A stretch of DNA of 64,000 nucleotides from Tagaea sp. (GTDB lineage Bacteria > Pseudomonadota > Alphaproteobacteria > CACIAM-22H2). Made by a program: the position numbers and the translations under genes. The notes beneath the pieces were generated by a model. That model was given only the letters and a program-made list of their open reading frames with translations, was not told the DNA's origin and searched no databases. Positions 31,344 to 42,705 of this stretch are shown here, piece by piece; positions within the stretch are counted from its first letter, which is position 1; each line of letters opens with the position of its first letter. Location: NCBI GenBank assembly GCA_965279525.1, contig CBDIIB010000005.1:1600001-1664000 (forward strand), given 5' to 3'.

Positions 31344-32225
31344 ATGGAAAGACGCGCGCTGTTCGGCGGCAAGGCCTTGCCCTACGCACTGCTGCTGCCG
31401 CAGTTCGCGATCGTCGTCGTGTTCTTCTATCTGCCGGCCTTCCAGGCGGTCTGGCAGTCGCTGCTGATGCAGGACGCATTCGGAATCTCGACCGAGTTCG
31501 TCTGGTTCGAGAACTACACGATCCTCGCCGCCAATCCCGAATACTACAAGACGATGGGGACGACGGCGGTTTTCTCGGCGCTCGTCGCCTTCCTGTCGCT
31601 GTCGTGCGGCCTGCTGCTCGCGGTCATGGCCGACAAGCAGATCAAGGGTGCCACGATCTACAAGACGATGCTGATCTGGCCCTATGCGGTGGCGCCGGCC
31701 GTTGCCGGTGTCCTCTGGCTTTTCATGTTCCAGCCGTCGCTCGGGATGCTGGCGCTGGTCCTGCGCAGCTGGGGCATCGACTGGAATCCGCTTCTCAACG
31801 GCAACCACGCGATGACGCTGGTCGTCCTGGCGGCCACCTGGAAGCAGATTTCGTATAACTTCCTGTTCTTCCTCGCCGGCCTTGCCGCGATCCCCAAGAG
31901 CGTGATCGAGGCGGCCGCCATCGACGGCGCCAGGCCCATGCGCCGCTTCTGGACGATCATCTTCCCGCTGCTGTCGCCGACGGCCTTCTTCCTGCTCGTC
32001 GTCAACATCGTCTATGTGTTCTTCGACACGTTCGGCATCATCGACTCCGTCACCGGTGGTGGCCCCGCCGGCAGCACCATGACGATGGTCTTCAAGGTCT
32101 ATGCCGACGGCAAGCTCGGCAGCGATCTCGGCGGATCGGCCGCCCAGTCGGTCGTGCTGATGGTGATCGTGATCGCCCTCACGGCGATCCAGTTCAAATT
32201 CGTCGAACGCAAGGTCCAGTACTGA
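31344..32225 (+). CDS. ugpA: Glycerol-3-phosphate ABC permease
   Basis: [23 protein letters not shown] and SAAQSV. Confidence 0.93.
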   Translation: MERRALFGGKALPYALLLPQFAIVVVFFYLPAFQAVWQSLLMQDAFGISTEFVWFENYTILAANPEYYKTMGTTAVFSALVAFLSLSCGLLLAVMADKQIKGATIYKTMLIWPYAVAPAVAGVLWLFMFQPSLGMLALVLRSWGIDWNPLLNGNHAMTLVVLAATWKQISYNFLFFLAGLAAIPKSVIEAAAIDGARPMRRFWTIIFPLLSPTAFFLLVVNIVYVFFDTFGIIDSVTGGGPAGSTMTMVFKVYADGKLGSDLGGSAAQSVVLMVIVIALTAIQFKFVERKVQY

Positions 32226-33076
32226 TGGTCGAACGCCAGACCTTCGTCAGCCGTTACCTGCCGCACGTCGTGCTGATCATCGGCGTATGCATCGTGGCCT
32301 TCCCTGTCTATCTGGCGCTGCTCGCCTCGACCTACGACGCGGCGTCCGTGCAGAACGGAAAGATGACGCTGCTGCCGGGCGGGCAGATGTTGGAGAACTT
32401 CAACCGGGTCATTTTCACCGGCACGTCGTCCTCGACGCGAGAGCCGGTCGGCACGATGCTGCTGAACAGCTTCATCATGGCGATGGTGATCTCGCTCGGA
32501 AAGATCACGATCTCTCTCATCTCGGCCTATGCGATCGTGTTTTTCCGATTTCCGTTCCGCATGGCGGCGTTCTGGCTGATCTTCATCACGCTGATGCTCC
32601 CCGTCGAAGTGCGCATCTACCCGACCTACAAGATCGTCGCCGACCTGCAGCTTCTCGATACCTATACGGGCCTCACGCTGCCGCTGATCGCATCCGCCAC
32701 AGCCACGCTGCTGTTCCGCCAGTTCTTCATGACCGTGCCCGAGGAGCTTGTCGAGGCGTCGAAGATCGACGGTGCGGGGCCGTTCCGCTTCTTCAAGGAC
32801 ACGCTGCTGCCGCTGTCGGTCACCACGATCGCGGCACTGTTCGTGATCCAGTTCATCTATGGCTGGAACCAGTATCTCTGGCCGCTGCTGATCACGACGC
32901 GCGACAACATGCAGACCATCGTCATCGGCATCAAGAAGATGATCGTCACCCAGGACGCGCTGACCGAATGGCAGCTCGCGATGGCGACGGCCGTGCTGGC
33001 GCTTCTGCCGCCGGTCTTCGTCGTGGTGGTCATGCAGAAGCTGTTCGTGAAGGGTCTCGTCGAGACCGAGAAGTGA
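32225..33076 (+). CDS. ugpE: Glycerol-3-phosphate ABC permease
   Basis: TLMLPVEVRI, ASATAT, WNQYLWP and FVKGLVETEK. Confidence 0.93.
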   Translation: MVERQTFVSRYLPHVVLIIGVCIVAFPVYLALLASTYDAASVQNGKMTLLPGGQMLENFNRVIFTGTSSSTREPVGTMLLNSFIMAMVISLGKITISLISAYAIVFFRFPFRMAAFWLIFITLMLPVEVRIYPTYKIVADLQLLDTYTGLTLPLIASATATLLFRQFFMTVPEELVEASKIDGAGPFRFFKDTLLPLSVTTIAALFVIQFIYGWNQYLWPLLITTRDNMQTIVIGIKKMIVTQDALTEWQLAMATAVLALLPPVFVVVVMQKLFVKGLVETEK

Positions 33077-33101
33077 GTCCGGTACGCAAGGGGAATAGGG
33101 T

Positions 33102-34181
<1,080 letters not shown>

Positions 34182-34183
34182 GG

Positions 34184-34657
34184 ATGGCCACCGCGCGCTT
34201 CGGCCTCGAAACGCGCATCCCGCCTTTGGTCGTCCTGGCGCTTTGTGCGGCGTTGATCTGGTTCGGCCCGGTGATTTCCGGTTCGGTTCCGCTCGTCATT
34301 CCGTTCGCCGGTCCGGCTGCCGCAGCGCTTGGCATTGCCGGCGCCGCCATCGCGATCGATGCCGTGGTCCGCTTCGTCGGCGCGCGAACGACCGTCGATC
34401 CGCGCGATCCGGACAAAGCCGCGCGGCTGGTGACGGACGGCGCCTACCACTTTACCCGCAATCCGATGTATCTGGGCAAGGCGATGCTTCTGGCGGCGTT
34501 CTCGATCTGGCAGGCGGACCCTCTTGGCCTTCTCGCGGGCCCGGTCTATGTCGCCTATATCGACCGTTTCCAGATCGTGCCCGAAGAGCGCGCTCTCGGC
34601 AGTCTCTTCGGGGCTGCCTATGCCGACTGGTGTCGGCGCGTACGCCGCTGGATCTAG
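34184..34657 (+). CDS. Isoprenylcysteine carboxyl methyltransferase (ICMT/PEMT) family membrane protein
   Basis: TTVDP, LVTDGAYHFTRNPMYLG, PEERAL and VRRWI. Confidence 0.88.
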   Translation: MATARFGLETRIPPLVVLALCAALIWFGPVISGSVPLVIPFAGPAAAALGIAGAAIAIDAVVRFVGARTTVDPRDPDKAARLVTDGAYHFTRNPMYLGKAMLLAAFSIWQADPLGLLAGPVYVAYIDRFQIVPEERALGSLFGAAYADWCRRVRRWI

Positions 34658-35520
34658 AGATCGATCTCCGTCCAGATCGGCTGGTGGTCGGAGCCGACTG
34701 CCTCGTTGTCGACCCAGGCACGCTTGATCTTCGGGGCGATCGACGCGCTCGCGAAGCAATAGTCGATGCGCTGGAGCGGCTGCTTTTCCTGGCCGTCGCA
34801 TGTGACGCCGCTTTCCTCCGCATTGCCGGCCGCCACATAGGCATCGACGAGTCCGCTCCTCGCGGTCATTCGGCCGTATTCGGCCGACATCGGGCCGGCC
34901 AGCTTCGCATAGAGCGGGGAATCGGCCTTCAGATTGAAGTCGCCCATGAAAATCGCGGGCTGCGGCATGGGCGGCGGCGGCAGGCCTTGCGTCCAGTCCG
35001 CACCCTCGCGCGCCCCGCACCAGGCGCCGCCTTCGGCCGGCGCATCGCGGTGGATCGCCAGCAGGCGGTCGACCTGCGCTTCGCGGTCGCCGTCGCCAAG
35101 ATGCGACAGATGCAGCGAGTAGACCCGGATCGGGCCGGATCGCGGCGTGTCGATCACGCCTTCGATCGTCGAGCGCTGCAGGCAATAGAGGTTCGTCGCG
35201 CCGAATTTCGGCAGCAGATGGTGGCGCGAGCTGATGATCGGCGTCTTGCAAAGCAGCATGTTGCCGAACTGGCGGCGCCGGTTGCCCGGCGATCCGTTGG
35301 TGGCGTCCATGTCGTAGCCCGCCCCATAGACCCAATGGTACCCGGGCAGGGCCTGGGCGAGGACCGCGACCTGGTCGACGTCGTTCGAACGCGGCCAGTG
35401 GCGCTCGACCTCCTGAAGTGCGATGACATCGGCTCCCTTGACCGCGGCGGCGACGCGCCACAGGTCGATCTTTCCGTCCTTGCCCGTCCCGTACTGGATA
35501 TTGTAGCTGGCGAACAACAT
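34654..35520 (-). CDS. Endonuclease/exonuclease/phosphatase family protein
   Basis: SYNI, LQEV, FGN, GDFN, RIDY and SDH; GGAGAGGA RBS. Confidence 0.9.
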   Translation of the reverse strand: MLFASYNIQYGTGKDGKIDLWRVAAAVKGADVIALQEVERHWPRSNDVDQVAVLAQALPGYHWVYGAGYDMDATNGSPGNRRRQFGNMLLCKTPIISSRHHLLPKFGATNLYCLQRSTIEGVIDTPRSGPIRVYSLHLSHLGDGDREAQVDRLLAIHRDAPAEGGAWCGAREGADWTQGLPPPPMPQPAIFMGDFNLKADSPLYAKLAGPMSAEYGRMTARSGLVDAYVAAGNAEESGVTCDGQEKQPLQRIDYCFASASIAPKIKRAWVDNEAVGSDHQPIWTEIDL

Positions 35521-36430
35521 GGCCGAATCCTCTCCCCCGCTTCACGGTTCCAGACTCTATCTCGCCCTTTTCTACATGCTGTGCATGGGGCTGGTCTGGG
35601 GGCTGCAGTTTTCGATGGCCAAGATCGCCATGCAAGGGGGAATTCACCCTCTCGGCTTCACGCTGGCGACGTCGATATCTGGTGCGGCCATCCTGCTGAC
35701 GGTCGCAAGGCTGCGCGGTGCGGCGATCCCGCTGCGGCGCGACTATCTCGTCTATGCGCTGGTCGCGGGTGCGACCGCCATTTCGATCCCGAACTCGATC
35801 GCGGCCCTCGTCGTCAGCCACGTGCCGGCGGGCCTTGCCGCGGTGCTCAACACGCTTTCGCCGGTGATCACCTATGCGATGGCATGGGCGATCGGCATGG
35901 AGAAGCGCCACAACCTGCGGCTCCTCGGGATCGGCTTCGGCTTCGCCGGCGCCCTGCTGGTCATCGGTCCGCGCGCCAGCCTGCCCGACCCGTCGATGGC
36001 GCCGTGGGTGGTGCTGTGCCTGCTGGTTCCGTTCTTCTATGCGCTGTCGAACGTCTATATCGCGCGCGCCCGCCCGAAGGACGTGGACTCGGTGGCGCTT
36101 GCCGCCAGCATGCAGCTCGGCTCGGCCGTCTGCATCCTGCCGGTGGCTTTGGCACTGGGTGCGCCGCACATGCCGGTACCGCCGCAGGGGTCGGCCGACT
36201 GGGCGCTGCTCGTCCAGTGCGTGCTGTCCGGATTCGGCTCGCTGCTGTTCTTCGAGGCGATGCGCATCGCCGGCCCCGTCTTCTTCAGCCAGACGGGCTT
36301 CATCGTGACGCTTGCCGGCGTGTTCTGGGGCTGGCTGCTGTTCGGCGAGACGCACAGCGCGTGGATCTGGGCGGCGATGGCGTCGATCTTCGTGGGCCTG
36401 GCGCTTGTGACGCGCGCGGGCCGGCGCTGA
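35519..36430 (+). CDS. DMT/EamA family transporter
   Basis: About 10 TM helices; WGLQF, LSPVIT and WGWLLFGE. The start is uncertain. Confidence 0.85.
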   Translation: MAESSPPLHGSRLYLALFYMLCMGLVWGLQFSMAKIAMQGGIHPLGFTLATSISGAAILLTVARLRGAAIPLRRDYLVYALVAGATAISIPNSIAALVVSHVPAGLAAVLNTLSPVITYAMAWAIGMEKRHNLRLLGIGFGFAGALLVIGPRASLPDPSMAPWVVLCLLVPFFYALSNVYIARARPKDVDSVALAASMQLGSAVCILPVALALGAPHMPVPPQGSADWALLVQCVLSGFGSLLFFEAMRIAGPVFFSQTGFIVTLAGVFWGWLLFGETHSAWIWAAMASIFVGLALVTRAGRR

Positions 36431-36433
36431 CGC

Positions 36434-37660
36434 TCAGCGGTTCTCGCGGATGAAGCCGCGCACCTGCGGCAGGATTTCGGTGCGCCAGCGCCTGCCGTTG
36501 AAGATGCCGTAGTGGCCGACATCCTTCTGCAGCCAGTGGCGGTGCTTGTCCGCCGGAAGGTTGGCGCATAGCGCATGCGCCGCGAAGGTCTGGCCCACGC
36601 CGGATATGTCGTCGAGCTCGCCTTCGACCGTCATCAGCGCCGTATTGCGGATCGCCCCCGGATCGACCTTGCGGCCGCGCGACACCCACGTGCCGTTGGG
36701 CAGGTCGTGATCCTGGAAGGCGACCTTGATCGTCTGCAGATAGAAGGCCGCGTCGAGATCCATGACGGAAAGATACTCGTCGTAGAATTCGCGGTGCCCC
36801 TGCGCGCCCAGTCCGTCGCCGCGCACGAGGTGCTGGAACTGCTTCATCGCCGAACCGACATGCCTGTCGAGATTCATGCTCATGAATCCGGAGAGCTGGA
36901 TGAAGCCCGGATAGACGCGCCGCAGGAAGCCCGGATAGGCCGGCGGCACGGTCGAGATGACCGAGCGCTCGAACCATTCGATCGAGCGCTCCTCGGCAAG
37001 CTTGTTGACCTTGGTCGGGTTTACGCGCGTGTCGACGGGGCCGCCCATCAGCGTCATCGAGCGCGGGGCCGCGGCCGGATCGAGGACCGAAATCAGGGAA
37101 ACCGCCGCCATCACCGGAACCGACGGCTGGCACACAGCGATCAGGTGCGTCTCCGGCCCGAGGAACTCCATGAACTCGATCAGGTAGTCGACATAGTCGT
37201 CGAGGTCGAACTCCTTGCCTTCGATCATCGGCACGAGTGCCGCGTTGACCCAGTCGGTGACGTAGACGTCGTGGTCGGGCAGCAGCGCTTCGACGGTTCC
37301 GCGCAGCAGCGTGGCGTAGTGGCCCGACATCGGGGCGACGACCAGCACGCGCGGATCGGCGCGGTCGGTTCCGGTGTCGCGCCGGAAATGCAGCAGGTCG
37401 CAGAAAGGCTTGGAGTGGACGACTTCTTCGAACACGGGCGCTTCCACGCCGTCAACGACAACGGTGTCGAGACGGAAGGCAGGCTTGCCGTAGCGACGTG
37501 TCGCGCGCTCGACCATTTCCGCGCCCGCCGCCATCGCGCGGCCGAAGCGCGTATACGACATCGGCATCAAGGGGTGGCTGAAGACGTTCTGCACGGCTTC
37601 CGCGGTCAGCCGCACGGGCGTGAGGAGCGTCTGCTGCATGTCATAGAGTTGGTAGAGCAT
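36434..37660 (-). CDS. phaZ: Intracellular PHB depolymerase
   Basis: APMSGHYATLLRGTV, VCQPSVP, VYPGFIQL, VEGELDDISG and GHYGIFNG. Confidence 0.93.
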   Translation of the reverse strand: MLYQLYDMQQTLLTPVRLTAEAVQNVFSHPLMPMSYTRFGRAMAAGAEMVERATRRYGKPAFRLDTVVVDGVEAPVFEEVVHSKPFCDLLHFRRDTGTDRADPRVLVVAPMSGHYATLLRGTVEALLPDHDVYVTDWVNAALVPMIEGKEFDLDDYVDYLIEFMEFLGPETHLIAVCQPSVPVMAAVSLISVLDPAAAPRSMTLMGGPVDTRVNPTKVNKLAEERSIEWFERSVISTVPPAYPGFLRRVYPGFIQLSGFMSMNLDRHVGSAMKQFQHLVRGDGLGAQGHREFYDEYLSVMDLDAAFYLQTIKVAFQDHDLPNGTWVSRGRKVDPGAIRNTALMTVEGELDDISGVGQTFAAHALCANLPADKHRHWLQKDVGHYGIFNGRRWRTEILPQVRGFIRENR

Positions 37661-37713
37661 TGGTCCCCCAGACCGGGGCGGAAAGCCGGGGGGCTCCCTC
37701 GCGGACGGTCAAC

Positions 37714-39042
37714 TTAGTCGCCTGTCGTCGAATGTCCAGCACGGTCGATCAGGTGCACGAACGATCCCGCGACGCTTCCGACTCGGCAGCCTGCCGATCC
37801 TAGCGGATTGTCGCGCGCGTCGCGCAGTCCGAACAGTGGCTCCGCACCTTCGGAAACTACGCTCGCATAGTGGAATTCGTGCCCGCGGAAACCGGCGCCC
37901 TTCCGGCCCAATATGCCGTCGGCGTCGAGGATCGCGGCTCGGTAGCCAAGATGCAGCCGGCGCGCGGCGAACGAAGTCTCGAGCGGTAGCAGGCCGGCCA
38001 TTTCATGGCGCGTGCCGTCGGCATCGACGAGCCCCTTGCCCAGCGCCATGTAGCCGCCGCATTCGCCATAGATCGCTCCGCGATGGACGGCGAGGGCAGT
38101 CTTGAACCGGCCCGCGGCCGCGAGCCGGCCGGCGTGCAGCTCGGGGTAGCCGCCGGGCAGATAGACCGAATCGCTTGAGGGGTCCGGCGCTTCGTCGGCG
38201 AGCGGCGAGAAGAACGAGATTTCGGCGCCGGCCGCGCGCCAGCCTGCAAGCGTGGCCGGATAGGCGAAGGCGAACGCGATGTCGCGTGCGACGGCGATGC
38301 GCTGGCCGAGCGGGGCGAGCGGGCGCGCGTCGTCTGTCGTCGGGGCGCACGCGGGTCGTGCGGCGGCAACCAGTGCTTCGAGATCGATGCCGGATGCGCA
38401 CGCGTCGGCCGCATGGTCGAGGAATCCGTCGAGCTCGGGCGTCTCCCCGGCGGGGACGAGACCAAGATGGCGTTCGGGCAGTTGCAGGGCGGCCGCGCGT
38501 CCGACAGCGCCAAGGTACCGGATTTCCGGACAGGCGAGGGCGAGCGCTTCGCGCAACAGTGCCACGTGCGAAGGCCCGCCGCAGCGGTTGAACACCACGC
38601 CCGCGAAGCGCAACTCCGCGCGCGCACACACGAAGCCCGAGACGAGCGGCCCCGCCGATGCCGCAAGGCCGCGCGCGTCGACGACGAGTACGACCGGCCA
38701 GCCGGTGCGCGCGGCAAGGTCGGCGGTCGAACCGGTCCCGCGCGCGTCGATGCCGTCGAACAGGCCCATCACGCCTTCGCACAGCACGAGGTCGGCATCG
38801 CGCGCGAGCGCGCCGAGCAGGCCGTCGAACGTGGCCGCGCGCATCGCCCAGGGATCGAGATTGCGGCCGGCACGTCCGGCCGCGGCCGCGTGGAAGGTCG
38901 GATCGACATAGTCGGGGCCGATTTTGGCCGGTGCCACGCGCAGGCCACGCCGGACAAGCGCCCGCAGGATGCCCAGCGTCAGTGTCGTCTTGCCGCTGCC
39001 CGAAGCGGGTGCGGCCAGGATCAGGCCGGGTGTGGCGCTCAA
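37714..39042 (-). CDS. cobB: Cobyrinate/hydrogenobyrinate a,c-diamide synthase
   Basis: SGSGKTT, GPDYVDP, EGVMGLFDG, PERHLGL, GECGG and GHEFHY. TTG start overlaps the upstream stop. Confidence 0.93.
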   Translation of the reverse strand: MSATPGLILAAPASGSGKTTLTLGILRALVRRGLRVAPAKIGPDYVDPTFHAAAAGRAGRNLDPWAMRAATFDGLLGALARDADLVLCEGVMGLFDGIDARGTGSTADLAARTGWPVVLVVDARGLAASAGPLVSGFVCARAELRFAGVVFNRCGGPSHVALLREALALACPEIRYLGAVGRAAALQLPERHLGLVPAGETPELDGFLDHAADACASGIDLEALVAAARPACAPTTDDARPLAPLGQRIAVARDIAFAFAYPATLAGWRAAGAEISFFSPLADEAPDPSSDSVYLPGGYPELHAGRLAAAGRFKTALAVHRGAIYGECGGYMALGKGLVDADGTRHEMAGLLPLETSFAARRLHLGYRAAILDADGILGRKGAGFRGHEFHYASVVSEGAEPLFGLRDARDNPLGSAGCRVGSVAGSFVHLIDRAGHSTTGD

Positions 39043-39338
39043 GTCGCGCGCGACGGGCCGACCGGCTGATCGGGTGCCCGTTCGCGCCGCCAGCCGCGCT
39101 TTTCCATGCATCGGCGGTATTCTTCGGCAGTCATCGACGTGGAACCCGGCCGCCCGCTCTCGCCGCCATAGACGCCGCGGTCGGCAAAGCCGAAGTCGCT
39201 CGCGGCACGCCGGCATTCCTGCTGGTCGTATTCGAGCTGGCCCGGACCGGCGCTCTCCTTGATCCACGTCGTGCGCGATTCGCATGCCGATAGCGCCAGT
39301 GCCGCAAGGACCGCCGCAAGTACCGAAAGCCGACCCAT
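39039..39338 (-). CDS. Small lipoprotein of unknown function
   Basis: Lipobox LALSAC; WIK...DQQEC...CMEKRGW pattern; co-oriented between cobA and cobB. Confidence 0.75.
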   Translation of the reverse strand: MGRLSVLAAVLAALALSACESRTTWIKESAGPGQLEYDQQECRRAASDFGFADRGVYGGESGRPGSTSMTAEEYRRCMEKRGWRRERAPDQPVGPSRAT

Positions 39339-39353
39339 CTCAAGTTCCCCTTT

Positions 39354-40199
39354 TCATGCCGATTCCGCAGTCCCCCGGCCGTCGAGGCCGAGGGGATTGG
39401 AATCGAGTACCCGTCCCTGTGCCGCCCCGAGCCAGTCGAGACCGGCGCGCAGGCGTACCACGTCGCCGACCACGAACAGGGCCGGCGGTTCGAAATCGGC
39501 CGCTGCCGCGTCGTGCGCGGCGGCGCCGAGCGTCGTCTCGAGCACCCGCTGTTCGGGCGTGCTGGCGCGCGACACGATCGCGGCCGGCGTATGCGCATCG
39601 CGCCCGCCGCCGATCAGCAGCCGCGCGATGCGGTCGAGATGCTTGAGCGCCATGTAGAAGACGATGGTCGGGGCGCCGCGCGCCAGCGCTTCCCAGTCGA
39701 GCCCGTCCGGCACGTCGCCGGTCACGCCATGGCCGGTCACGAAGGTGACGGCCTGGTTGGTATCGCGATGCGTGACCGGGATGCCGGCATAGGCAAGCCC
39801 GCCGATCCCCGAGGTGACGCCTGGCACGATCCGGAACGGAACCCTGGCGCCGGCGAGCGCCAGCGCTTCCTCGCCTCCGCGCCCGAAAACGAACGGATCG
39901 CCGCCCTTGAGGCGCAGCACGCGCTTGCCCTCGCGCGCCAGGTCGACGAGGCGCAGCGAGATGTCGCGCTGCTTGGGGCTGGGCCGGCCGCCGCGCTTTC
40001 CGGCATATTCGAGAATGGAACCGTTGCGGGCGAGCTTCAGGACGCGGGCATCGACCAGCGCGTCGTAGACGATGATGTCGGCCTGACGCAGGGCATGCAG
40101 GGCATGCAGCGTCAGCAGGCCCGGGTCGCCCGGGCCCGCACCCACAAGCCAGACCGTGCCGGGTGCGAAATCCGGCATTTCCAGACCGAGCGTGTCCAT
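39354..40199 (-). CDS. cobA: Uroporphyrinogen-III C-methyltransferase
   Basis: VGAGPGDPGLLT, RLKGGDPFVFGRGGEE, PGVTS and GIPVTHR. Confidence 0.95.
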   Translation of the reverse strand: MDTLGLEMPDFAPGTVWLVGAGPGDPGLLTLHALHALRQADIIVYDALVDARVLKLARNGSILEYAGKRGGRPSPKQRDISLRLVDLAREGKRVLRLKGGDPFVFGRGGEEALALAGARVPFRIVPGVTSGIGGLAYAGIPVTHRDTNQAVTFVTGHGVTGDVPDGLDWEALARGAPTIVFYMALKHLDRIARLLIGGGRDAHTPAAIVSRASTPEQRVLETTLGAAAHDAAAADFEPPALFVVGDVVRLRAGLDWLGAAQGRVLDSNPLGLDGRGTAESA

Positions 40200-40248
40200 C
40201 GGGCCCAGTCTATCCGCCCCGGGCGGTCGATGCTAGCCTACTGAAACC

Positions 40249-41349
40249 ATGGCAGAAGACGAGCTTCCGCCCCGACCCGAGGGCCCGTTGCGCAGCGGCT
40301 GGACGACCGGTGCCTGTGCCGCCGCCGCGGCGCGTGCGGCCGGCGAGGCGCTGGCGACCGGACGCATGCCCGCGCGCGTGACCATCCGCCTGCCGAGGGG
40401 CCAGACGCCCGAATTTGCCGTCGTCGATCCGGCGGTCGGCGTCGGCTGGGCCGAGGCCGGGATCGTCAAGGATGCCGGCGACGATCCCGACGTCACGCAT
40501 GGCGCCTTGATCCGCACGCGCCTCGATCCGGCGGCCCCCGGCACCGGCCTTACGTTCGTGGCCGGCGAGGGCGTGGGCACGGTCACGCGCCCCGGCCTGC
40601 CGCTCGGCGTGGGCGAGCCCGCGATCAATCCCGGCCCGCGCGGCATGATCGCCGCGGCCCTTGGCGAAGTGCATCTGCAGTTCGGAGGTCCCGTCGACTG
40701 GCGCGTCACCGTATCGATCCCGGGCGGCGCGGCACTCGCGGCCAAGACGCTCAATTCGCGTCTCGGCATCGTGGGCGGCCTGTCGGTGCTGGGAACGACC
40801 GGCATCGTCACGCCCTATTCGTGCGCGGCGTGGATCCACTCCATCCATCGCGGCATCGACGTGGCGCGGGCCACCGGCCTTGGCCATGTCGCGGCCGCGA
40901 CCGGTTCGACGTCGGAAGCCTTCGTGCAGAAGCTCTACGGCCTGCCCGAACACGCGCTGATCGACATGGGCGACTTCGCCGGCGGCACGCTCAAGTATCT
41001 GCGCGAGAAGCCGGTGGCACGCGTCACGCTGGCCGGCGGGTTCGCCAAGCTTGCCAAGCTCGCGGCGGGCGCCATGGACCTCCACTCGTCGCGCAGTCGC
41101 GTGGACAACTCCCATCTGGCGCGCCTGCTTGCCGAGCTGGGGGCGCCCGGCGATCTGGTCGCGCGTGCCGGCCCCGACGCGTCGGCGGGCGCCATCCTTG
41201 CCGACTCGCGCCGGGCGGGCATCGCCATCGGCGATGCGGTCGCACGCCAGGCGCTGCACTTCGCGTCGGGAATTGCAGGCGACGGCGTGCGCCTCGACGT
41301 CGTCGTCGTCGACCGGGCGGGCGAACTGGTCGGGCGGGCCGGGCCATGA
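40249..41349 (+). CDS. cbiD: Cobalt-precorrin-5B C1-methyltransferase
   Basis: LRSGWTTGACA, KDAGDDPDVTHGA, EPAINPGPR, LGIVGGLSVLGTTG and DLHS. Confidence 0.95.
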   Translation: MAEDELPPRPEGPLRSGWTTGACAAAAARAAGEALATGRMPARVTIRLPRGQTPEFAVVDPAVGVGWAEAGIVKDAGDDPDVTHGALIRTRLDPAAPGTGLTFVAGEGVGTVTRPGLPLGVGEPAINPGPRGMIAAALGEVHLQFGGPVDWRVTVSIPGGAALAAKTLNSRLGIVGGLSVLGTTGIVTPYSCAAWIHSIHRGIDVARATGLGHVAAATGSTSEAFVQKLYGLPEHALIDMGDFAGGTLKYLREKPVARVTLAGGFAKLAKLAAGAMDLHSSRSRVDNSHLARLLAELGAPGDLVARAGPDASAGAILADSRRAGIAIGDAVARQALHFASGIAGDGVRLDVVVVDRAGELVGRAGP

Positions 41350-42107
41350 GCGCCAATCGGGTGCTTGTCCTTGGTGGCACGCAGGATGCGCGCGAGCTCG
41401 CCGACGCGCTTGTCGCCGACGGCATCGATGCGGTCCTGTCGCTCGCCGGGCGCACGAGTGCGCCGGCGGCGAGTTCCGCGCGCACGCGTAGCGGCGGCTT
41501 CGGCGGTGTCGACGGGCTTGCCGCCTATCTGCGCGCCGAGGGGATCGTTGCCTGCGTCGACGCGACGCATCCGTTCGCCGCGCGCATGTCGGCCAATGCC
41601 GCAGCTGCGTGTGCGGCCATGTCGGTGCCGCGCATGGCGCTGGTGCGTCCCGAATGGCTTCCGGTCGATGGCGACCGCTGGATCTTCGTCGACGATACGG
41701 CGCAGGCCGCGCGCCTGCTGCCGGCGATGGGCCGGCGGATCTTCCTTGCCTTTGCCGACGGGCTGGCGCCCTTCGCCGGCCTTGATCTCGATTTCATCGT
41801 CCGGCGCGCCGAACCCGGTCCGGTCGATCTGCCCGGCGCGCGCGTGCTCGTCCAGCGCGGGCCGTTCGCGCGCGATGCCGAGCGTGCCCTGTTCGCGGCC
41901 GAGCGGGTCGACGCGATCGTCGCGAAGGCGAGCGGCGGCGAAGCGGCCCGCGCCAAGCTCGACGCGGCGCGCAATCTCGGGCTGCCGGTTATCCTGCTGC
42001 GCCGGCCGCCGCTGCCGGCCGGTCCACAGTGCGCCGGCGTGGCCGAAGCGGCCGCCTGGGTCCGGACCACGCTGGGGCTTGACCGGGGGGCGGCTTCGTC
42101 CGTCTAA
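41346..42107 (+). CDS. cobK: (Cobalt-)precorrin-6A reductase
   Basis: LVLGGT, GGFGG, DATHPFA, RGPF and KASGG...KL; ATGA overlap with cbiD. Confidence 0.93.
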   Translation: MSANRVLVLGGTQDARELADALVADGIDAVLSLAGRTSAPAASSARTRSGGFGGVDGLAAYLRAEGIVACVDATHPFAARMSANAAAACAAMSVPRMALVRPEWLPVDGDRWIFVDDTAQAARLLPAMGRRIFLAFADGLAPFAGLDLDFIVRRAEPGPVDLPGARVLVQRGPFARDAERALFAAERVDAIVAKASGGEAARAKLDAARNLGLPVILLRRPPLPAGPQCAGVAEAAAWVRTTLGLDRGAASSV

Positions 42108-42108
42108 T
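42079..42108 (+). promoter_or_regulatory. Putative promoter for a leaderless ankyrin gene transcript
   Basis: TTGACC-N18-TCTAAT ending 6 nt before the ATG; no SD sequence. Confidence 0.35.
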
Positions 42109-42114
42109 CCGGGC

Positions 42115-42675
42115 ATGCGCCTGTTTTTCGCCATCCTGCTGCTCGCCCTCGTTCCCACGGCCGGCGAGGCACAGTTCAAGATCGAGGTCCTCCAGCGCCG
42201 GCCGCTTGCCGAGGCGGCGCGCGACGGGAATATCGACGCGCTCAAGGCGCAGCTCGCCGCGAACGTCACGCCCAACCAGTTCGATCTCGAGAACCGGCCG
42301 GCCATCGCCAACGCGGCGGCCAACGGCCATACCGAGGCCGTGCGCCTGCTGATCGAGGCGAAGGCCAATCCCGACAACCGCGACAAGACGAACCGCACCG
42401 CCCTGATGTGGGCGGCCGAACGCGGACATGTCGCCATCGTGCGCCTGCTGATCGCCGCGCGCGCCAACGTCAATCTCGACGAGCGCGGCACGGCCCAGAC
42501 GGCGATCATGATCGCTTCGCGCGAAGGCCATCTGCAGATCGTCGAGGCGCTGTTGCAGGCCGGCGCCGACCTTTCGCGGACCGACGTGACCGGGCGAACG
42601 GCACTGGCCCAGGCCGAGGCGGCCAACCGCCGCCAGGTCGTCGACTTCCTTCGCCGGCACAACGCCCCCCGCTAA
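42115..42675 (+). CDS. Secreted ankyrin repeat protein
   Basis: Signal peptide MRLFFAILLLALVPTAGEA; 4-5 ankyrin repeats (TALMWAAERGHVAIVRLLI, TAIMIASREGHLQIVEALL). Confidence 0.88.
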   Translation: MRLFFAILLLALVPTAGEAQFKIEVLQRRPLAEAARDGNIDALKAQLAANVTPNQFDLENRPAIANAAANGHTEAVRLLIEAKANPDNRDKTNRTALMWAAERGHVAIVRLLIAARANVNLDERGTAQTAIMIASREGHLQIVEALLQAGADLSRTDVTGRTALAQAEAANRRQVVDFLRRHNAPR

Positions 42676-42705
42676 GCCCCCTTTCCGCGAACGGAGACCC
42701 TCCAC

